Below the pieces are notes generated by a model, which was not told the DNA's origin, ran no database searches, and saw only the letters and a program-made list of their open reading frames with translations. The position numbers and the translations under genes were made by a program. From assembly GCA_964016885.1 (NCBI GenBank), contig OZ024742.1, forward strand, positions 26,660,001 through 26,724,000: a stretch of 64,000 nt of DNA. The letters run 5' to 3'. The number at the start of each line of letters is the position of its first letter. The stretch's first letter is position 1. This DNA comes from Eledone cirrhosa (lineage: Eukaryota). This document shows positions 53,791 through 64,000 of this stretch, piece after piece.

Positions 53791-54059
53791 ATATTTGGGG
53801 AGGGTCATATTTGCGTAATATTGCCAGAATTAATAACAGAACACACTCACTGTATATATATATATAAAACAGAGAAAGAGAGGGGGGAGGGCGAGAAGTA
53901 GCTAGATTTGTTCTTTTCCCTGTTGGTTTCAGGCATTAGCCTGCAGTTGTGGGGAGGCATCATCCTGTAAATGCTGTAGTCAATCATATCAACCCCTATT
54001 TATTGATTTTCAATCTCTTATTTATTTTAACGATCTCTTCTTGTCGAACAAGTAAAATA

Positions 54060-54453
54060 ATTATTTCTACTTTTGGCACAATGCCGACAATTATACCAGT
54101 ACATTACTGGTACTTTATTTTATCGACCTCGTAAGTATGAAAAGCAAAGTTAACCTCGGCGGGATTTGAAATCAGACCATAAAGGACCGTAACTCTTTGC
54201 TGCCAAGCATGGCGTTCGACCCTCTACCGATACTGCCAATCTATCGCCCTAAACCAAGTAAAATATTTGTTTCTACTATTGGCACAAGCCAGCAATTACC
54301 CAGTACATTACTGGTACTTTATTTTATCGACCCCGCCATGATGAAAGGCAAAGTTAACCTCGACGGCGTTTGAACTCAGATCAGAAAGGGACGTCACTCT
54401 TTGCCGCAAAGCATGACGTCCGACTCTATACCGATACTGCTAATCCACTGCCC
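54060..54453 (-). mobile_element. Two tandem SINE family A copies
   Basis: 54060-54250 and 54266-54453; a caagtaaaata-like motif occurs before, between and after them. Confidence 0.85.
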
Positions 54454-54751
54454 TACCACGTAAAATAATGAGACAGTAAATCTCAACATAGACTCTCATA
54501 TACACATATATAAGCATTCTGGTAAATTTGGCATGAGTATGCGCATCCAGCATGGCTTCCATAATACCTTCTATTATTGAGCCCGAGGCTAATGTAGAAG
54601 TCCACTGGCGTAAAGTGTAACGCAGCTGGACACCTTCTGAAACGATGTAATTATGAACTGAACTGTGTAATTTAACACACATGTATGCACCTACTTATCT
54701 AGTTATCTCTATCTCAGTGCGTGCGCATGCACACATTGTTTTGTATATATA

Positions 54752-55735
<984 letters not shown>

Positions 55736-55770
55736 TCTATTTACACACACACATCACATATACTGATTTG

Positions 55771-55813
<43 letters not shown>

Positions 55814-56541
55814 ATGTATGAATATATTTATATGCATAATATATACTTACATATATATGTGTGTGCACGTACATATGTGCATATTATATATATTTTATTC
55901 CCAATTCATCGAAAGTTGGAAATGGAGCGATATTAATATCTCCCCACTTTTGATATGTTTTTCTTTAGTCTATTACATATCTTAGTTATCATTTTATATA
56001 TTCTAGTAAAAAAAATATATTTTCCTTTATCGCTTTATCATATTGCTTTCTTTTTCTATATTGTAGATTTTTTTAGTTTTATTCGCTCACAACTTTTTTG
56101 TACTTTAGATATATATCTAGTCAGTTTCTCAAACGACTTTTAGTTCACTAGAATATTGAGCTTTGTTTCCCAGTTATGTATGTGCCTTTCTACCTTTTTG
56201 TATGCGTCGCTGTCTACATATTTCTATGCACCTGTGTATCTTTTATATGCGTTTATGTATAGATTTTGAATGCGTTGATGTATCTTTTCTATGCGTTTTT
56301 TCTGTACCATTTAGTAAATGTCTGTGTATGTGTTTGTGTGTAGAATTTTGTATGCGCGTATGTGTATCTTTCTGTATGCTCCTGTGCACTTTTTGTATGT
56401 GTTTTCTTTTTTTGGCGATCATGGCTGCTAGTTTCACATATGCTACTGTTAGATTTATAGCATCAGTATGAGGACTTGTCAAAACCTGCTACAAGTGGAG
56501 GCTATTCCCGATAATTGGCAAAAGCGTGAATCTAATGATCA

Positions 56542-56712
56542 TTCAGTATCGGTAGAGGGTCGGACGCCATGCTTTGACGCATGGAGTTACGGCCCTTGCC
56601 ATTCTGAGTTCAAATCAATTAACTTTGCCTTTCATCTTTACGGGGTCGTTAAAATAAAGTACCAGCAATGCACTGGATAATTGCTGGCCTTGTGTAAAAA
56701 GTAGAAACAATT
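56542..56712 (+). mobile_element. SINE family A (short-tail variant), sense
   Basis: cagtatcggtagagggtcggacgcc..gagttcaaatc..gtagaaacaat. Confidence 0.85.
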
Positions 56713-56723
56713 ATTATCATGCT

Positions 56724-56766
<43 letters not shown>

Positions 56767-56817
56767 GGGTATGTGTGTGTAAGTACATCATATATATAGG
56801 TATAAATATATATATAT

Positions 56818-57046
56818 ATAAAGAAAACGAAAAATCAGTGATGCATCTGGACTTAATTTATTGCGTGTTACAATTGTTCCGCCAGCAGGTAGCTCGAGAC
56901 ATGGTCCCTGTATGGATCTCGCTGATTCTAATGTAGAATCAGCCAGATCCATACAGGGACCATGTCTCGAGCTACCTACCGGCGGATCAATTGTAACACG
57001 CAATAAATTAAGTCCAGATGCATCACTGATTTTTCGTTTTCTTTAT
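56818..57046. repeat. ~230 bp near-perfect palindrome at a (TA)n edge
   Basis: Centre gctgattcta-atg-tagaatcagc; arms end in ..caattgTAacacgcAATAAA. Confidence 0.9.
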
Positions 57047-58129
57047 GCTATCTACACTCTACTCTGCTGAATATCGTGTGCTAATTTTGGCATACCGCCT
57101 ATGGAAGGACCATAGCTACCATTATACACAACTATATATATATATAGATATATATGATATCCATAACTGTTTCCTTGCACAATGTTTCTTCCTCGTTTAT
57201 TTTTTCTTTTAATATTTCAACCATATATACATATGCTTGAAGGAATTATATAGTATAAAACCCCTTACTATATTTCTGGTATATATATTTTGCAGATTTG
57301 AGATGAAGGAAAAACTAATCAGTCGTGTGTGATTTAAACAATGAAATGTATTCAATCAGATTATGTTTAGCTCTTTAGTCAGTGAGGAAAATGCAGATTT
57401 GTTGACACTATGGATGGGACTTCGAAGTAATAATTTAAGATATTCTCAATCGATCATGTAGCTCCAATTCTTGCAACCAAGGGAACTCTGCTGAAGAAGT
57501 TATTGGCCCTGTGGTGCAAATAAATCAAATTTGCAAGAGGGTGGTGTTTTAGTAGTATAGGAGTTAGTTTTTGTGTTAACACTACGATATTTCCTACATG
57601 GCGATATTTAACTATAGTATTTTTCTTAAAATCTGCAAATTTGCAGTCAGTCAGTTAGTTGTGAGGACACCTCGAGATTTGGTAGCCGGTAGATTTTTTA
57701 CTGTCTAGAAGTTAGTAATTGTCTTAGAACCAAAAGATTCGCTAGACGATGTGTTTTATTTTTACTGTTCAAGAAATTATTCTGTGTGTGGATACCATGA
57801 AACGTGGTAGACTAGTGTTTTGTGGTCAATAATTTTATCCTTGTGTTAACACCCACCAAGTGTGTGAGGTTACGTGGTAATGAAACTATCAGCACATACA
57901 GTGACTGGTTTTAATCATCATTAAACTATTAAAGTTGTAAGATATTGCCTGTACACTAATAATGTACAGGTTAAATATAGTATCAAGAAATGTGTCCGTT
58001 AGGTCATTGAAACGAAGTAATTATTGTAATTTTCATCAACATAAAGAGTAGAGCATATCATCTATGTTTTTCAAATTTCGACCATCACGTTGCAAATAAT
58101 GGTTTCTGATCTTTCATAATGCCAACTAT

Positions 58130-58295
58130 TTTATCGGGGTGGCGAAATATTATGAAACCGACCTCAATGCTTGACTATTACCTTATTTTATCTACCTCGT
58201 ATCGATGAAAGGTTAAAACCCAGAACACAAAGCCCTTAAATTCTATACCACAAAGCATGTCCGACGCTCTATCGATGCTCTCAATCTACCACCCT
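58130..58295 (-). mobile_element. Diverged SINE family A
   Basis: ttattttatctacctcgtatcgatgaaagg..gtccgacgctcta..aatctaccaccct. Confidence 0.6.
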
Positions 58296-58559
58296 TTACG
58301 TTACTAATAATGTAAAAGGTGTACCTTTTTTTAAGTGTGTAGTTGACCGAAACTTTATAATAGTCATTGATAGACATAACGATATTTCGAAGTCAACATG
58401 TATTATAGTTCGTTTCTGATAGTCACAGGATCACCATGGGTCTTCACAATTCCGTGAACCTAATAAATCAGGATAAGTTTGCTATTTGATTGTCGAATCC
58501 AGGTCTGAAAACAGCCTCTTTCTTTCAGAGAAGGATAGAAGGTGATAAAGAGATATAGA

Positions 58560-58722
58560 GAAGGAATTGATCCCAGTACTGGGCAGGTACTTTTTTATCG
58601 GCCTTGAAAGGATGAAAGGCAAGGTGGACCTCCATGGAATTTGAACTAAGGTGGTAGAAAGCCGAAACGAATAACACAAACATTATATCCGAGCTTCTAA
58701 CGACTTTGCAAATTCGCCGCCT
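58560..58722 (-). mobile_element. Diverged SINE family A
   Basis: ggtactttttatcggcc..aggatgaaaggcaaggtggacctc..gaatttgaact..aattcgccgcct. Confidence 0.65.
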
Positions 58723-59559
58723 AACACAGATACTCTCCGTGTAAATTCTATTTTCGTCGCTTTTTTTTAAATATCTTTCAATAGATTAACATCTACATAT
58801 TCGTTGTTGATGGACATATTTCATTGTAAGGATGCGTTGATTCTGCTCAGATTTAATGCAATAAAGTTATGTTAGTTGAGATTGCATTAATACACTAATT
58901 ATTGCACGATGATATTCCACAATGCTTATAGACACTGGAGAATTGAAAGACCAAAAGAACAAAAAAAAAAAAACATATACTTACATACAGAACATGGTGT
59001 TGTATAATTCTTCGTCAGTAAATCGATATTCAATTTATCTGATTTGCAGAATGCCAAATGTGCCCTGGAAGAGAATAAAGATTTGAAGGGATGGGGAAGG
59101 TGAATATAGGTCTTAGCGTACTTTTTATTTACATAATGCGTGGAATACAGATATTCCGCTCCCTCATCTAAAGTAGGAATATAAAAAGAAAATGGTTATG
59201 ATACGTATTTTATGGGGCAAAAATGCGACTTAAAAATAGCATTTACTAAAACGTTGACATTTGCATAATCTGTATATATTTCAGAATTAATTTTTCTTTG
59301 TAGCCTGCAAGATCGATATCAATATATTTTTGAGAAAGAAAATAAAAGTTAGAAGAAAAAGCTGCTATAAAAACATCAAATATAAACAGAATTAAATTTA
59401 AAAAACAACTCTTAAACCCATGCGTCGCTATGTCACCGACAAAGGCTTTAACTTAATATAACATTTAAAGTGGATTTAAATTTCGGTGATGGAGCGCAGT
59501 CGACCTTTCAATGATATTAACTACATTTTAGAAATGGCTATTACTATGTTTGGTTGTGA

Positions 59560-59795
59560 AGGCGCATGCATGACTTACTGGTTAGAATGTCTGGTTGAGT
59601 ATTATAAGGATATTAGTTCGATTTCAAGTGAAACGTTGTATTCGCGAGTGAGACACTTGCTCCAGTCCACTTAAATGACAAATACACGTACGTTGTACCA
59701 GTAATTCAAACGGCCAGCTTTGTGACACACTGTGGCACGCTGAATTTCCATAAGAAGGCACATATGTCTAAAGAAAGTCTAGCAACTTACACAGC
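59560..59795 (+). mobile_element. Diverged tRNA-head SINE (family B)
   Basis: A/B-box-like tgacttactggttaga..gttcgattt; shares ttgctccagt(c/a)cact with 60398. Confidence 0.5.
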
Positions 59796-60032
59796 TACAT
59801 TGTATGTTTAGGTAATGTTTGTGAGATCTAGATTCGATGAATATTTCCATTATTTGTCGTAGTAAAGAGAGGAGAAGAATGTTTTATATAAAAGTTTCCA
59901 CCATCTTATAATTCATTACTAAGTGATACAAACAGAAATGTATCCTCTCGCAGGATTTGTATAACTCCAGTGTTAAGTATATGATCTATATGTTAAGTAT
60001 AACTCCAGTGTTAAGTAAATAATCTATATGCT

Positions 60033-61007
60033 ATAGAAAGTAGCTTGTAAGATGGTGATAAATCATAGATTGTGTCAAATCAATTGATTAATTTTACTTT
60101 CTGATGTCGCTAATCTTTCGTGTGAGCACGAAGATCTGTACTTTAAAATTAACCTTTCTGCACCGCAACAACTTTGTATCTAAATACGACACGGATTTCT
60201 CGTAATTGTTCACTCTCAATTGAATGGACGTCCGTCGCTTTCGACCATAACTGCCCCAATTGTTAGATCAACGTAATAGCCTGCTCAGCAAATTAAATTA
60301 TAAAGGGCTTGATATTCAGGGAGACTGAAAACCAATGAATAAATTATCAAACCTCATCCAGCCGTAAGTTATAATTAATTGGGATGCGTAATTAGAAGGC
60401 ACGTAGCTTAGTGGTAAGGATATTGGATATACGTTCATAATGTCTGGAGTTCAATTCCTGGGCTGGGCTTTGTGTTGTGTTCCTTATCAACACACTTCAT
60501 TTTCCGTTGCTCCAGTATACTCAGCTGAAAATGAGTACCAACAATAGCTGCTAGTTTAAACGTGTGATGGACTGACTTCCTGTCCACGGGGCAATGTGTT
60601 ATCTCAGACGCTTCATGCCACGAAAACCGTGATCACCACCAGCCTGACGTGCCTCCTGGCTTGCAATTGACTTTAGATACCGGTGATAGGTACGTGATTA
60701 CAATCAGATCAGCTAGACCCATCAGACTTAAATTCCTTGATCAAGATGAGAACTGTGACTCGAAACAAACAGCGGCTTTCAATCGCAGTAATCATGTAGT
60801 CTATATGGCAGCTGGAGATCAAGATAGAAACAAGTGACATTTGAAAACGGAACCTTAATTTTATATCACAAAACATCAACTCAAATAATCTATCATTTTA
60901 GCCACTCCAGTTTATCCTCGTTGTATCATATTGATTAACATCAAATGTTGAATTTATCGGGGAATTGAAACCGTAATTTAAACAGGTAGAACTGAACACA
61001 CGATAAT

Positions 61008-61093
<86 letters not shown>

Positions 61094-61894
61094 GTTTTCT
61101 CTCATTCTCTCTCCTTTACTCTTTTTCAAACACACTCACAAAAACTCTCTTTCCCTTTCTCCCTATATATATATCTATTTCTCTCTCTCACATACATATG
61201 GTCGCTCTCATTTTATATATCTTACGTCTTATTATATAGTACTGCATGAGAAACTAGAAAATTACCTCAAGTACTTGATAAATGATAATTACATAATGTC
61301 ATAATTGGCTTCGAAATAAACTTATTCAAATGATCATCTTTAAATTCATTTACTTACGAACTTCAATAGGATTCACAATTTCTATCAGAATGGGACTTCT
61401 ATACCTTTCAATCTCTTATTAAGTACGCCATACACATTCTAAATAAGTAAACTAGATTTGATACACCAAGTGATATATTTAAGCATGTAACATTAGGACA
61501 TCATGTCTTCTGATCCGGAAAGAATTACACAGCTGTCATTTCAATCACCTTACTATATACCTTGATATTCATTCAATTATTTTCAATCACCGCTATGTCT
61601 CGTCATACGAAATACGTTGAGAATACAAACTTTATCCTAATATACTGTACGTACCACTTGCTTATTTAATTTCACACGAGAAATTAGATTTGAGGGTACA
61701 AACTATAAACTCATTCATTCATGGTTCTACAAGCATCTATAGATACACAACCTAACTGGTTACGGTATAGAAAGGTTAATTTTAAAGAACAAATCTCCGT
61801 GCTCAAGTGAAGGATTAGCGACATCAGAAAGTAAAATTAATCAATTGATTTGACAGAATCAATGATTTATCACTCTCTTACAAGCAACATTCTA
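60033..61894. repeat. ~150 bp inverted repeats 1.6 kb apart (possible old TIR element)
   Basis: 60033-60182 is the diverged reverse complement of 61740-61894. Confidence 0.65.
60398..60650 (+). mobile_element. tRNA-head SINE (family B, CORE-like centre)
   Basis: ggcacgtagcttagtggtaagg (A box)..ggagttcaattcc (B box)..gtgttccttatcaacacactt..aatgagtacc. Confidence 0.6.
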
Positions 61895-62689
61895 AAGAAT
61901 TCATTCTCTATATGATTAGACTGCTTCTCATTATTTAGAATTAAAAGTTTATTACAAGATAGTATTATAATGTTAATTCTGCTCATCACTAATTGTTGAC
62001 GTGAGGAAAGTATAGATTTTATGCCACCTTTGTTTAGCATGGCTTCTAAGTTGTCTGCGGATTTCTTTCATTGACTTATTAACAAATATAATTGTTTTGT
62101 GATGGCGCAAAAATAAGAATTCTTTTGAAATTAGGTGATAAAAAGCTCAGTCAGAAGACAGTATTTTTAGTTCCAAGATATCGGATTAAAATGGAATATA
62201 TTGATCGGACGTATACACATGTATGTCCAAAAAGGTGGATTATAATATAAAATTATTAGGTCACACTTTTGTAGCAGATGGCAGTAGTCTATTTGAAAAG
62301 GCCAAGTGTATGACTGGTACTTTTCTAGCAATCAGGAATGATCAAATCTAACGGTGGTCGATCACATGCAATGTATTCCTTTAATTTAGAGCAAGAATGC
62401 AAATATTACAAGGTAAATCCAAGAAATCTATTTCGTATCAATCATGAACGATTGAACGAAAGGTTAATCGATCATGTGTAACTTGTTCTTATACATTACA
62501 GCAAGGAATTAAAAAACCATGAGGTATTGATCCAACATAATCCATATTATATATTTAATTTAAACAAAAATCGATTGGGATAACATTTAAATAACTTATA
62601 TAGTAACTAGCCACAGTCAAATCTAATCTCATAAAACATTATATGATGGCTCAGTGTCAACGGGTCTGAATAAGGTCCCAATTGCTCTC

Positions 62690-63120
62690 ATAAGTTTTCT
62701 TCTAATACATTATATAGAAATGGGAGCCCACGCACTGGCCACCTCACGATCCCACTGGAGAGAATAGAGAAGGAGTTTCTCCGGAGGAGGGTGAGGGACA
62801 TGTGTTGGAATTGGAATTGCCATTCCAGCTCATGAGGCTCACACCTGCGGGTAGCCAACTCCATGTATATGGTGAGTAGGGAAGTGGTCGTAGCGCCAAG
62901 AACCCCAGAAGTCCCCACTGCTATGAGCTCGAACGCAAACCTGTTAGAGAGATTACCCTCCTCGGCATGAAGTGCAGCAGAGTTTGGATTAGTCATAGAC
63001 TTCACCAGGTTGACGCCGAGAGGAAAGTGTTGCTGCAGCTGCAGGGTTTACTGCCGCGGAATGGGAAGATCGTCATGCAGTCTGGCCTGTTGCCGTGTCC
63101 TCAGTCCAGGAGCATCCAAG
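62690..63120 (-). mobile_element. 3' fragment of a CRE-like non-LTR retrotransposon (restriction-like endonuclease)
   Basis: Minus strand: GNRPDCMTIFPFRG.. then AEE..FELIAVGTSGVLG..ELEWQFQ..MSLTLLRRNSFSIL, matching the RPDG..AVETxG..FQRLS..RGN C-terminus of CRE-clade elements. Confidence 0.7.
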
Positions 63121-63358
63121 CCATATAGTCATATACTATGCGACCCATCAAGATATTACGGTCGGAATGAATGGATTGTGAACAGGAACTAACCCTGGGT
63201 TACATCTGTCCTGCAATCTAACAGTTCACTGTGTGGGTTTGTCACTCTGTGGCCGAATAACATTCTAAGTTTGAGACATCCCACCGGGAGTAAAGTCGAC
63301 TTCAATCCAGGTGGAATTTAGCAGAAGTAACCACAGTTAAACGTAAACATATCCCCCC

Positions 63359-63530
<172 letters not shown>

Positions 63531-63701
63531 ACGTCTCTTAACTGAGGGTTGGACAAATACAATGGCGATAAAACTAGTATCTAACGTGGGAAAATAAGTA
63601 ATAAACCGATAGTATCCGCTAAAGCAATGCGATGACTCGGCATGATCACCGTCTAATGACTTAATCATGTTAGTGACAGGAGAAAAGACGATACGTATAC
63701 A

Positions 63702-63732
<31 letters not shown>

Positions 63733-63825
63733 GTATGTATATATGTGTATGTGTGTGTGTGTGTGTATGGATGAGACAACGAAGTTTCACTTTACATACA
63801 TACATATATATATATACATATATAT

Positions 63826-64000
63826 TGGAGATCGTCAGACTGAAGGATGACTCAGTCAACCTGAAATCGGAAATAATCATGACGTGCAGACACCAGAGAA
63901 GGTGCACACTCTCCACATGAAATCCACCGGGCAGCCCAAGCTAAAGCCATGCAGGGGAGCGCACGCCAGCCAGAATGGCCAAACGGGTTCAAGGGATCAG
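63826..64000 (+). mobile_element. Extreme 3' end of a Penelope-like ORF plus 3' UTR, 5'-truncated at (TA)n
   Basis: EIVRLKDDSVNLKSEIIMTCRHQRRCTL* resembles the PLE GIY-YIG C-terminus LNKRSELxxxCRH. Confidence 0.65.

Noticed and set aside
60398-60470. tRNA gene
   Set aside because: A/B boxes are present but there is no cloverleaf, and it continues into a SINE body.
63838-63875. CTGAAGG..GAAA HHR-like string
   Set aside because: Core is non-canonical and the segment is better explained as PLE C-terminal coding sequence.

Overview
AT-rich, repeat-saturated eukaryotic DNA with no host protein-coding gene I can support. The SINE and LINE families look like those of an octopus/cephalopod genome (inference). 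Nearly all long ORFs in the track are (TA)n/(TG)n artefacts. The window contains decayed non-LTR retrotransposons (Tx1/L1-like, R4/Dong-like, several RTE, CRE-like), Penelope-like element (PLE) fragments, about 14 tRNA-derived SINE copies, a mariner MITE, a TTAA-type MITE, a ~10 kb cryptic (TA)n array and a 200-N gap with a flanking duplication. The main signal is a dense set of short elements from several unrelated families sitting in (TA)n tracts. They carry type I hammerhead ribozyme (HHR) motifs (stem I-CTGANGA-stem II-GAAA-palindromic stem III-TH-stem I, usually next to AATAAA), and many have fold-back inversions. In two families the inverted arms share copy-specific variants, suggesting the fold-back recurs at each insertion. 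In one of them it is centred on HHR stem II and removes the CTGANGA half of the core. All motif calls were made by eye and coordinates are approximate.
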